Source: Convolutriloba macropyga | Lineage: Eukaryota | NCBI RefSeq assembly: GCF_964194025.1 | Contig: NC_134476.1 | Span: forward strand, 60,636,001 to 60,700,000 | Length of the DNA: 64,000 nt | Direction: 5' to 3' | Position numbers and translations under genes: made by a program | Notes under the pieces: model-generated | What the model was told of the DNA's origin: nothing | Databases searched by the model: none | The model's input: only the letters and a program-made list of their open reading frames with translations | Shown: positions 11,499 through 24,200 of the stretch, piece after piece | How the letters are laid out: each line of letters starts with the position of its first letter | Position numbering within the stretch: position 1 is the stretch's first letter

Positions 11499-11959
11499 TT
11501 TTATCAATGCTTTTAGAAATTTAGTTTAGTTGCTATTATGCTTTGCTGCTTTATAAACTAATTTCAACTTGTTTTAAGCTAAAATTGTAAAAATTTAAAT
11601 TTTATTGCGATCTTTTTGTCTGAAAGAGGATTTTTTAAAACACCATTTTAATTTATTAGAGATGAAATCATCGATAAGGTCACGTTCGCCTAGTCAAGGT
11701 CAATGCATTGGCCAAAGTGGAGATTATTTTGTAAGTTTGACTTATTTGATCCTAAGTTTACTCAACCTGCTATATTTATGAAATAAGTTTCCTCTCGATC
11801 ATTGTTTTTACCCCAATTGATGATAATGTGCCTGCTCTTTTTGTATTTTCAACAGTATTTGGAAAAAGTTTTGCAACCGTAGAAGGAAGCTTGGTGCTTA
11901 TAATTTGTTTTTCGCTTTCTGTTTTCTCTTTTAATCTGGTATAACCTTTGTTGACGGGC

Positions 11960-12235
11960 TGGTGTTGTGTATCTGATGCCCTTTGATATTCATTCGACTA
12001 CGGCCAGAATTTATACATATATCTCAGATGTAATGTTTTGAAGACAGCTCTCGGAAAAAGATCATTCAGTTTTGCAGTCCCTCACGAATGGAATCGACTT
12101 CCTTTTAAAATAAAACTTTTACCAAACGAAAACGCCTTCAGAAAGAAGCTTAAAACTTTTTTGTTCTAAGAAGTTTATTGTACAGCACTTTTGAGTATGT
12201 AAATAGTGCTTAAACCAATAATGATAATTATTAAT
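11960..12235 (+). mobile_element. 3' end of an L2/CR1-group LINE (5'-truncated)
   Basis: LKTALGKRSFSFAVPHEWNRLPFKIKLLPNENAFRKKLKTFLF* (12038-12169) is the typical ORF2 C-terminus. It is followed by GTACAGCACTTTGAG...AGTGCT and an (AAT/ATT)n-like tail. Confidence 0.85.
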
Positions 12236-12257
12236 CATATTCTTTGCTTGCTTTTCC

Positions 12258-15200
12258 ACTCCATCGGCCTAATAACTGCAACCTATTCATAGAATGTTGG
12301 AAGGAAGAAATTAATGAATTCAAGACTCGAATGTCCAACTGGGTTACAACCTCTAAAGTTTTCGAATCTCCTGTCTCCGTGGCTTTCTGTATGAATAATT
12401 GGCTGCAAATAATGCTCCAAGAAATCTAATGTATGAATGACTTCTCTCAAACTTTATCCTAATCTCATTTCAGCGCACCTTTCGACAGCTTGAGTCTAAC
12501 GTCCTTGTGAACTGAAACCTGCAAGAGACTACAATCAAACGTTAATAGAGTCTGAGAGGACACAGATAGGATAAACAGAGTTCCAGTTGAGGGGAAAATA
12601 GCGCCTCCTTTCAAAGTAAACTCAGTGTCTTAATATATTCGGCACGGCAATAGACAAAATAATGACCTCCAGATGGAAAAGATTGGTAGACAAAAGTTAC
12701 AATGTAGCAGATCTTGCATTTGCCGAATTGCAGAATTGCTGTCATTGAAAAAAGCAGTCCGTTTTGATAGAGCGCTTTTAAAACTTTCACCAAACCATGA
12801 AAGGTGCAAGGCAATGGATATGAATTGCGTTACCGATTGAATGTTAAGGCTCAACAGCAAAGAGATCCAGTATGTTTAAACCTTCAGTTACCCTTATTGA
12901 CATGAGACTGCAGTGCTACAGATGAAGTGAATATCAGAATAACCAAATACGTCCAACCTATTCATAGAATGTTGGAAGGCAGCAGTTAATGAATTTAAGA
13001 CTCCAATGTTTGAATGGGTTACATCCTCTAAAGCTTTCAAATCCCCTGTCTCCGTGGCTTTCTGTATGAATAATTGGCTGCACATAATGCTCCATGAAGT
13101 AAAAATGTAAGGGAGACTGCTCTCAAACTTTATCCTAATCTCATTTCAGCGCACCTTTCGACAGCTTGAGTCTAACGTCCTTGTGAACTGAAACCTGCAA
13201 GAGACTACAATCAAACGTTAATAGAGTCTGAGAGGACACAGATAGGATAAACAGAGTTCCAGTTGAGGGAAAAATAGCGCCTCCTTTCAAAGTAAACTCA
13301 GTGTCTTAATATATTCGGCACGCCAATAGACAAAATAATGACCGTTTTGATAGAGCGCTTTTTTAAAACTTTCACCAAACCATGGAAGGTGCAAGGCAAT
13401 GGATATGAATTGCGTTACCGATTGAATGTTAAGGCTCAACAGCAAAGAGATCCAGTACGTTTAAACCTTCAGTTACCCTCAGTGACATGAGACTGCAGTG
13501 CTACAGATGAAGTGAATATCAGAATAACCAAATACGTCCAACCTATTCATTGAATGTTGGAAGGCAGCAGTTAATGAATTTAAGACTCCAATGTTTGAAT
13601 GGGTTACATCCTCTAAAGCTTTCGAATCCCCTGTCTCCGTGGCTTTCTGTATGAATAATTGGCTGCACATAATGCTCCATGAAGTAAAAATGTAAGGGAG
13701 ACTGCTTTCAAACTTGCACCTAATCCCATATCAGCTCACCTTTTGACAACTTGTGTCGAACGTATTTGTGGACTGAAACCCGAATGAGACTACAGTCAAA
13801 CGTTCAAAGAATCTTGGAGGAAATGTATACAGATAAATAGTCAAGAAAATTAACGGTTGCTTTCAAAGTAAACGCAGTCATAATCTATTCTGTACACCAA
13901 TAGAAAAAAATGGCCTTCAGATGAAAACGAGATGTGGACAAAATGAACAATGCAACAGACCTTGCCTTTGCCGACAACAGAACTTTAAAGATTAGCATTC
14001 ATTGATAAAAGCTGTCCTTTTTGATAAAAGGCTTCTTTCAATCTTCGACCAAACCATGGAACATTTAAAGCAACGGATGTGAATTGCGATACTGATTGAA
14101 CGCTAAAGCTCAGCAGCAAAGAGATCCACTTCGTTTCAGCCTTCAAGTACCTTTATTGACACGAGACGGCAGTGTTACAGAGCCTGTGGTGCACTTATGT
14201 CTTGTGAAAAATTCGAGATAAAGAATTTAATAATGTTCAGTTTCTAGAAAAAGGTTGTTAGGTCGTAGTATTTGTATGTGTGTGAAACGTGGGTGATAAA
14301 ATAGGAGCAATGGGAACAATTTTACTCTATCGGCCCTTTAACTGCAACCTCTTCATAGAATGTTTGAAGGCAGCAATTAATGAATTTGAGACTCGAATGT
14401 CCAACTGGGTTACCACTTCTAAAACTTTCGGATCCCCTGTCTCCATGGCTTTCTGTGTGAATAATAGGCTGCAAATAATGCTCCATTAAGTCAAATGTAT
14501 GAATGACTGCTCTCAAACTTCAATCTAATCTCAATTCAGCGCACCTTTTGACAGCTTGAGTCTAACGTCCTTGTGAACTGAAACCCGCAAGAGATTAAAA
14601 TCAAATGTTAATAGAGTCTTAGAGGACACAGATACGATAATAAAGAGTTCAAGTTGAGTGGAAATTGGCGCCTCTTTTCGAAGTAAACTCAGTGTCTTAA
14701 TATAGTCGGCACGGCAGTAGACAAAATAATGACCGTTTTGATAGAGCGCTTTTTTAAAACTTTCACCAAACCATGGAAGGTGCAAGGCAATGGATATGAA
14801 TTGCGTTACCGATTGAATGTTAAGGCTCAACAGCAAAGAGATCCAGTATGTTTAAACCTTCAGTTACCCTTATTGACATGAGACTGCAGTGCTACAGATG
14901 AAGTGAATATCAGAATAACCAAATACGTCCAACCTATTCATAGAATGTTGGAAGGCAGCAGTTAATGAATTTAAGACTCCAATGTTTGAATGGGTTACAT
15001 CCTCTAAAGCTTTCAAATCCCCTGTCTCCGTGGCTTTCTGTATGAATAATTGGCTGCACATAATGCTCCATGAAGTAAAAATGTAAGGGAGACTGCTCTC
15101 AAACTTTATCCTAATCTCATTTCAGCGCACCTTTCGACAGCTTGAGTCTAACGTCCTTGTGAACTGAAACCTGCAAGAGACTACAATCAAACGTTAATAG

Positions 15201-18200
15201 AGTCTGAGAGGACACAGATAGGATAAACAGAGTTCCAGTTGAGGGAAAAATAGCGCCTCCTTTCAAAGTAAACTCAGTGTCTTAATATATTCGGCACGCC
15301 AATAGACAAAATAATGACCGTTTTGATAGAGCGCTTTTTTAAAACTTTCACCAAACCATGGAAGGTGCAAGGCAATGGATATGAATTGCGGTACCGATTG
15401 AATGTTAAGGCTCAACAGCAAAGAGATCCAGTATGTTTAAACCTTCAGTTACCCTTATTGACATGGGACTGCAGTGCTACAGATGAAGTGAATATCAGAA
15501 TAATCAAATCTACCACAGCGTTTGTTGCACTAATGGCTTCTGGAAAAGTCGAAATACAAAGAATTTAATAAAGGTCAGTCTAGAAAGAATGTGTTAGGTC
15601 GTAGCTTTTGTATTTGTGCCAAACTTGGGTGATGAAATAGCAGAGTTACGGTAACTGACGGAACAATTTTACTCCATCGGCATAATAACTGCAACCTATT
15701 CATAGAATATTGGAAGGAAGAAATTAATGAATTTAAAGACTCGAATGGCCAACTGGGTTACAACCTCTAAAGTTTTCGAATCCCCTGTCTCCATGGCTTT
15801 CTGTGTGAATAATTGGCTGCAAATAATGCTCCATGAAATCAAATGTATGAATGACTGCTCTCAAACTTTATCCTAATCTCATTTCAGCGCACCTTTCGAC
15901 AGCTTGAATCTAACGTCCTTGTGAACTGAAACCTGCAAGAGACTACAATCAAACGTTAATAGAGTCTTAGAGGACACAGATAGGATAAACAGAGTTCCAG
16001 TTGAGGGGAAATTAGCGGCTCCTTTCAAAGCGAACGCAGTGTCTTAATATATTCGGCTCGGCAATAGACAAAATAATGACCTCCAGATGGAAAAGATCGG
16101 TAGACAAAAGTTACAATGTAGCAGATCTTGCATTTGCCGAATTGCAGTCATTGAAAAAAGCAGTCCGTTTTGATAGAGCGCTTTTTTAAAACTTTCACCA
16201 AACCATGGAAGGTGCAAGGAAATGGATATGAATTGCGCTACTGATTGAATGTTAAGGCTCAACAGCAAAGAGATCCAGTACGTTTAAACCTTCAGTTACC
16301 CTTAGTGACATGAGACTGCAGTGCTACAGATGAAGTGAATATCAGAATAACCAAATACGTCCAACCTATTCATTGAATGTTGGAAGGCAGCAGTTAATGA
16401 ATTTAAGACTCCAATGTTTGAATGGGTTACATCCTCTAAAGCTTTCGAATCCCCTGTCTCCGTGGCTTTCTGTATGAATAATTGGCTGCACATAATGCTC
16501 CATGAAGTAAAAATGTAAAGGAGACTGCTTTCAAACTTGCACCTAATCCCATATCAGCTCACCTTTTGACAACTTGTGTCGAACGTATTTGTGGACTGAA
16601 ACCCGAATGAGACTACAGTCAAACGTTCACAGAATCTTGGAGGAAATGTATACAGATAAATAGTCAAGAAAATTAACGGTTGCTTTCAAAGTAAACGCAG
16701 TGTCATAATCTATTCTGTACACCAATAGAAAAAAAATGGCCTTCAGATGAAAACGAGATGTGGACAAAATGAACAATGCAACAGACCTTGCCTTTGCCGA
16801 CAACATAACTTTAAAGATTAGCATTCATTGATAAAAGCTGTCCTTTTTGATAAAAAGGCTTCTTTCAATCTTCGACCAAACCATGGAACATGTAAAGCAA
16901 CGGATGTGAATTGCGATACTGATTGAACGCTAAAGCTCAGCAGCAAAGAGATCCACTTCGTTTCAGCCTTCAAGTACCTTTATTGACACGAGACGGCAGT
17001 GTTACAGAGCCTGTGGTGCACTTATGTCTTGTGAAAAATTCGAGATAAAGAATTTAATAATGTTCAGTTTCTAGAAAAAGGTTGTTAGGTCGTAGTATTT
17101 GTATGTGTGTGAAACGTGGGTGATAAAATAGGAGCAATGGGAACAATTTTACTCTATCGGCCCTTTAACTGCAACCTCTTCATAGAATGTTTGAAGGCAG
17201 CAATTAATGAATTTGAGACTCGAATGTCCAACTGGGTTACCACTTCTAAAACTTTCGGATCCCCTGTCTCCATGGCTTTCTGTGTGAATAATAGGCTGCA
17301 AATAATGCTCCATTAAGTCAAATGTATGAATGACTGCTCTCAAACTTCAATCTAATCTCATTTCAGTGCACCTTTTGACAGCTTGAGTCTAACGTCCTTG
17401 TGAACTGAAACCCGCAAGAGACTAAAATCAAATGTTATTAGAGTCTTAGAGGACACAGATACGATAATAAAGAGTTCAAGTTGAGTGGAAATTGGCGCCT
17501 CTTTTCGAAGTAAACTCAGTGTCTTAATATATTTGGCACGCCAATAGACAAAATAATGACCTCCAGATGGAAACGATTGGTGGAAGAAATTTACAATGTG
17601 GAAGATCTTGTAAGGCATAGTAACGTGCTATATAACAATATAATTTGTACCTGGGGCGTTAAACAACAGATCCAAATAAGGTATCAATAAATCAGCTACT
17701 GATTTTGTAAATTCAACCGGTCTACCTGTTTTCGGGAGCACTTTCATGTGGCAGGGCTTAGAGCGGTCCGCATGAAGAGAAGACATCAATGCAGACGTCA
17801 TAAACTATTTTAAGAAAATATCTTCCGCCTTTTGAAAAACTTCAAGTCGCAGTTTGCGGTTGAAAAGCACTTAGACATCGCAAAATTGCAGATGCATCAT
17901 CACTTGACGTTGATAAGGAAGAGAAACAAATGGTTCAGTTCGCGTTATTGAGATTTCCTAATTTTTTTTATCATAGCTTCCGTCGTTTGTTCGTTTCAGT
18001 CATTTTAGTAGATGAGCGGGCCATTTATTTGTCTTGTTTTTTAAAAAATATATCAGTATAAACAAATCTACCAAAGCGTTTGGTGCACTAATGGCTTCTG
18101 GAAAAGTCGAAATACAAGGAATTTAATAAAGGTCAGTCTGGAAAGAGTGTTAGGTCGTAGCTTTTGTATTTGTGCCAAACGTGGGTGATGAAGTAGCAAA

Positions 18201-21200
18201 ATTACGGTAACTGACGGAACAATTTTGTTCCATCGGCTTAATAACTGCAACCTATTCATAGAATGTTTGAAGGCAGAAATTAATGAATTGATGACTCGAA
18301 TGTCCAACTGGGTTACAACCTCTAAAGTTTTCGCATTCCCTGTCTCCATGGCTTTCTGTGTGAATAATTGGCGGCAAATAATGCTGCATGAAATCAAATG
18401 TATAAATGACTGCTCTAAAACTTCATCCTAATCTCATTTCAGCGCATCTTTTGACAGCTTGAGTCTAACGTCCTTGTGAACTTAAACCCGCAAGAGACTA
18501 CAATCAAACGTTAATAGAGTCTGAGAGGACTCAGATACGAGAAATAGAGTTCCAGTTCAGGGGAAATTAGCGGCTCCTTTCAAAGCAAACGCAGTGTCCG
18601 GCACGACAATAGACAAAATAATAACCTCCAGATGGAAACGATTGGTAGACAAAAGTTACAATTTAGCAGATCTTGCCTTTGCCGAATTGCAGTCATTAAA
18701 AAAGCAGCCCGTTCTGATAGAGCGCTTCTTTAATACTTCCACCAAACCATGTAATGTGCAAGGCAATGGATGTGAATTGCGTTACCGATTGAATGTTAAG
18801 GCTCAACAGAAAAGAGATCCAGTACGTTCAAGCCTTCAGTTACGTTTATTGACATGAGACGGCAGTGTTACAGGTTGAGTGAATATCAGAGTAAACAAAG
18901 CTACCAAAGAGTTTGGTGCACTAATGGCTTTTCTGGAAAAGTCGAAATACAAGGAATTAAATAAAGGTCAGTCTAGAAAGAGTGTGTTAGGTCGTAGCTT
19001 TGGTATTTGTGCCAAACGTTGGTGATGAAATAGCAAAATTACGGTAACTAAGGGAACAATTTTACTCCATCGGCATAATCACTGCAACCTATTCATAGAA
19101 TGTTTGAAGGCAGAAATTAATGAATTTATGACTCGAATGTCCAACTGGGTTACAACCTCTAAAGTTTTCGCATTCCCTTTCTCCATGGCTTTCTGTGTGA
19201 ATAATTGGCGGCAAATATTGCTCCATGAAATCAAATGCATGAATGACTGCTCTAAAACTTCATCCTAACCTCATTTCAGCGCATCTGTTGACAGCTTGAG
19301 TCTAACGTCCTTGTGAACTTAAACCCGCAAGAGACTACAATCAAACGTTAATAGAGTCTGAGTGGACACAGATAGGATAAACAGAGTTCCAGTTGAGGGG
19401 AAAATAGCGCCTCCTTTCAAAGTAAACTCAGTGTCTTAATATATTCGGCACGGCAATAGACAAAATAATGACCTCCAGATGGAAAAGATTGGTAGACAAA
19501 AGTTACAATGTAGCAGATCTTGCATTTGCCGAATTGCAGAATTGCATTCATTGAAAAAAGCAGTCCGTTCTGATAGAGCGCTTCTTTAATACTTCCACCA
19601 AACCATGGAATGTGCAAGGCAATGGATGTGAATTGCGTTACCGATTTAATGTTAAGGCTCAACAGAAAAGAGATCCAGTACGTTCAAGCCTTCAGTTACG
19701 TTTATTGACATGAGACGGCAGTGTTACAGGTTGAGTGAATATCAGAGTAAACAAAGCTACCAAAGCGTTTGGTGCACTAATGGCTTTTCTGGAAAAGTCG
19801 AAATACAAGGAATTTAATAAAGGTCAGTCTAGAAAGAGTGTGTTAGGTCGTAGCTTTTGTATTTGTGCCAAACGTTGGTGATGAAATAGCAAAATTACGG
19901 TAACTGAGGGAACAATTTTACTCCATCGGCATGATAACTGCAACCTATTCATAGAATGTTTGAAGGCAGAAATTAATGAATTTATGACTCGAATGTCCAA
20001 CTGGGTTACAACCTCTAAACTTTTTGCATTCCCTTTCTCCATGGCTTTCTGTGTGAATAATTGGCGGCAAATAATGCTCCATGAAATCAAATGCATGAAT
20101 GACTGCTCTAAAACTTCATCCTAACCTCATTTCAGCGCATCTTTCGACAGCTTGAGTCTAACGTCCTTGTGAACTTAAACCCGAAAGAGACTACAATCAA
20201 ACGTTAATAGAGTCTGAGAGGACTCAGATACGAGAAATAGAGTTCCAGTTCAGGGGAAATTAGGGGCTCCTTTCAAAGCAAACGCAGTGTCCGGCACCCC
20301 AATAGACAAAATAATGACCTCCAGATGGAAACGATTGGTAGACAAAAGTTACAATGTATCAGATCTTGCCTTTGCCGAATTGCAGAATTGCAGTCATTGA
20401 ATAAAGCAGTCCGTTTTGATAGAGCGCTTTTTTAAAACTTTCACCAAACCATGGAAGGTGCAAGGCAATGGATATGAATTGCGTTACCGATTGAATGTTA
20501 AGGTTCAACAGCAGAGACTTCAGTTACCTTTATTGACATGGGACTGCAGTGCTACAGATGAAGTGAATATGAGAGTAACCAAAGCGGTTCGTGCACTAAA
20601 GGATTTTGGGTCGTTAACTGTTTTAGATAAATTCCGTTTTTCGAAAAATTTTAATTCTTAGTTCTCGGTTGAAAATTGGGTAGCGCAATTTTGCAGATGC
20701 TTCAACACTCAAGGTTGATGAGGAAGAGAAACAAATGGTTCAGTTCGCGTTATTGAGATGTCCTAATTTATTTATCATAGCTTCCGTCGTTTGTTCGTTT
20801 CAGTCATTTTAGTAGATGAGCGGGCCATTTATTTGTCTTGTTTTTTAAAGAAATATATCAGTATAAACAAATTACCAAAGCGTTTAGAAAAGTCGAAATA
20901 CAAAGAATTTAATAAAGGTCAGTCTAGAAAAAGTGTTAAGTCGTAGCTTTTGTATTTGTGCCAAACGTGGGTGATGAAATAGCAAAATTACGGTAACTGA
21001 CGGAACAATTTTACTCCATCGGCATAATAACTGCAACCTATTCATAGAATGTTGGAAGGAAGAAATTAATGAATTTAAAGACTCGAATGTACAACTGGGC
21101 TACAACCTCTAATGTTTTCGAATCCCCTGTCTCCATGGCTTTATTTGTGAATAATTGGCTGCAAATAATGCTCCTTGAAATCAAATGTATGAATGACTGC

Positions 21201-24200
21201 TCTCAAACTTTATCCTAATCTCATTTCAGCGCACCTTTCGACAGCTTGAGTCTAACGTCCTTTTGAACTGAAACCTGCAAGAGACTACAATCAAGCGTTA
21301 ATAGAGTCTGAGAGGACACTTATACGATAAACAGAGTTCCAGTTGAGGGGAAATTAGCGGCTCCTTTCAAAGCAAACGCAGTGACTTAATATATTCGGCA
21401 CGCCAATAGACAAAATAATGACCTTCAGATGGAAAAGATTAGTAGACAAAAGTTACAATGTAGCAGATCTTGCTTTTGCCGAATTGCAGTCATTCAAAAA
21501 AGCAGTCCGTTTTGATAGAGCGCTTTTTTAAAACTTTCACCAAACCATGGAAGGTGCAAGGCAATGGATATGATTTGCGATACCGATTGAATGTTAAGAT
21601 TCGACAGCAGAGATCTAGTACGTTTAAACCTTCAGTTACCCTTATTGACATGGGGCTGCACTGCTACAGATGAAGTGAATATCAGAATAATCAAAGCTAC
21701 CAAAGCGTTTAAAGCACTAAAAGCTTTTGGGTTGTAAACTATTTTAGATAAATTCCGCTTTTTGAAATATTTCAAGTCTTGGTTCTCGGTTGAAAATTGG
21801 GCAGCTTAAAATTGCAGATGCTTCAACACTCGAGGTTGATGAGGAAGAGAAACAAATGGTCCAGTTCGCGTTATTGAGATGTCCTAATTGTTCTATTATA
21901 GCTTCCGTCGTTTGTTCGTTTCAGGCTTATTGGTAGATGAGTGGGCAATTTATTAGTCAATAAATGGGGTAAAAGCGTTTGGTGGATTAATGGCTTCTGG
22001 AAAAGTCAATACGAAGTCAAACGCAGTGTCCGGCACCCCAATAGACAAAATAATGACCTCCAGATGGAAACGATTGGTAGACAAAAGTTACAATGTATCA
22101 GATCTTGCCTTTGCCGAATTGCAGAATTGCAGTCATTGAATAAAGCAGTCCGTTTTGATAGAGCGCTTTTTTAAAACTTTCACCAAACCATGGAAGGTGC
22201 AAGGCAATGGATATGAATTGCGTTACCGATTGAATGTTAAGGTTCAACAGCAGAGACTTCAGTTACCTTTATTGACATGGGACTGCAGTGCTACAGATGA
22301 AGTGAATATGAGAGTAACCAAAGCGGTTCGTGCACTAAAGGATTTTGGGTCGTTAACTGTTTTAGATAAATTCCGTTTTTCGAAAAATTTTAATTCTTAG
22401 TTCTCGGTTGAAAATTGGGCAGCGCAATTTTGCAGATGCTTCAACACTCAAGGTTGATGAGGAAGAGAAACAAATGGTCCAGTTCGCGTTATTGAGATGT
22501 CCTAATTGTTCTATTATAGCTTCCGTCGTTTGTTCGTTTCAGGCTTATTGGTAGATGAGTGGGCAATTTATTAGTCAATAAATGGGGTAAAAGCGTTTGG
22601 TGGATTAATGGCTTCTGGAAAAGTCAATACAAAGAATTTAATCAAGGTCAGGTTTTAGTGAGACGGTGTTAGGTCGTAGATTTGGTATGTCTTTGAATCG
22701 TGAGCGATGAATAGCAAAATTACGTTAGCTGAGAGTACAATTATCAGCTCTTAAATAAGGCATCAGTAAATCAGCTATTGATTTTGAAAGTTCAACCTGT
22801 TTTCGCAAGCACTTGTGGTTTTTCCTCCCGTTAAGTCATTGAGATAATGTCAGCTGAGTGTCTCTTTGCGAGTAGTTGTTAATATGGATTAGAATTAGTT
22901 TTGAAGTACATGAAGTGACTTCTGAAAACTCAATTAGAGATTGGGGTCATCATGCAATTCAGCTGGATCACGTTGTCAAATAAGTGAATATCAGAATAAA
23001 CAAAGCTAACAAAGCGTTTGGTACACTAAAAGTTTCTGGGACGTAGCTTTTGTATGCGCGTGAGACGTAGCTTATAAAGTATAAATTACTGCAGCTGAGG
23101 ATACAAATAAGGGGATCTTTTGTTTTGCCCCCCCGAGGTTATTGGGCTTATATCTTTTACGCCCCCAGGCCCACGTGCTTTTTTTTAAATAGTAACGTGC
23201 TATATTACAACATAATTTGTATCTGGGGGCGTAAAACAACAGATCCAAATAAGGTATCAATAAATCAGCTACTGATTTTGTAAATTCAACCGGTCTAACT
23301 GTTTTCGGGAGCACCTCTAGATCACACCTATCTCGTGCTAATGTGATAGGGCTTAGAGCGGTCCGCGTGAAGAGAAGACATCAATGCAGACGTCATAAAC
23401 TATTTCAAGAAAATATTCCGCTTTTTGAAAAAATTTAAGTCGCAGTTCGCGGTTGAAAAGCACTTGGGCATCGCAAAGTTTTAGATGCATCATCACTTGC
23501 CGTTGATGACGAAGAGAAACAAATGGTTAAGTTCGCGTTATTGAGATTTCCTTATTTTTTATTATAGCTTCCGTCGTTTGTTCGTTTCAGTCATTGTAAA
23601 TGAGCGGGCCATTTATTTGCGGGCCTTTTGTTTTTTTAAAAAATATATCAGAATAAACGAAGCTACCAAAGCGTTTGTTGCACTAATGGCTTCTGGAAAA
23701 GTCGAAATGCAAAGAGTTTAATCAAGGTTAGGTTCTGCAAAGAGAGTGTTAGGTCGCAGCTGTTGTATGTGTGTGAAACATGTATGATGAAATAGCAAAA
23801 TTACGGTAGCGGAGAGTACAATTATCAGCTTTCAAATAAGGCACCGATAAATCAGCTGATTTTGAAAATTCAACCTGTCTACCTGTTTTCGGAAGCACTT
23901 CTGATTTTTCCTCGGGTTAATTGAATGAGATAAGTTCAGCTGAGTGTCTCTTTGCGAGTAAATTGTTGAAACGTGGATGAGAATTAGTTTTGAAGTACGT
24001 GAAGTGTGATGAAGGTACATGAGATTGGGGTAATCTTGCAATTAAGCTGGAAAATCAGCTGAATAGCCGCTTTAACACGTTGTCAAATACAGATGAAGTG
24101 AATATCAGAATAAACAAAGCTACCAAAGCGTACCAAACTATTTTAGATATATTGCGCTTTTTGAAAAATTTCAAGTCTTAGTTCGCGGATGACAATTGGG

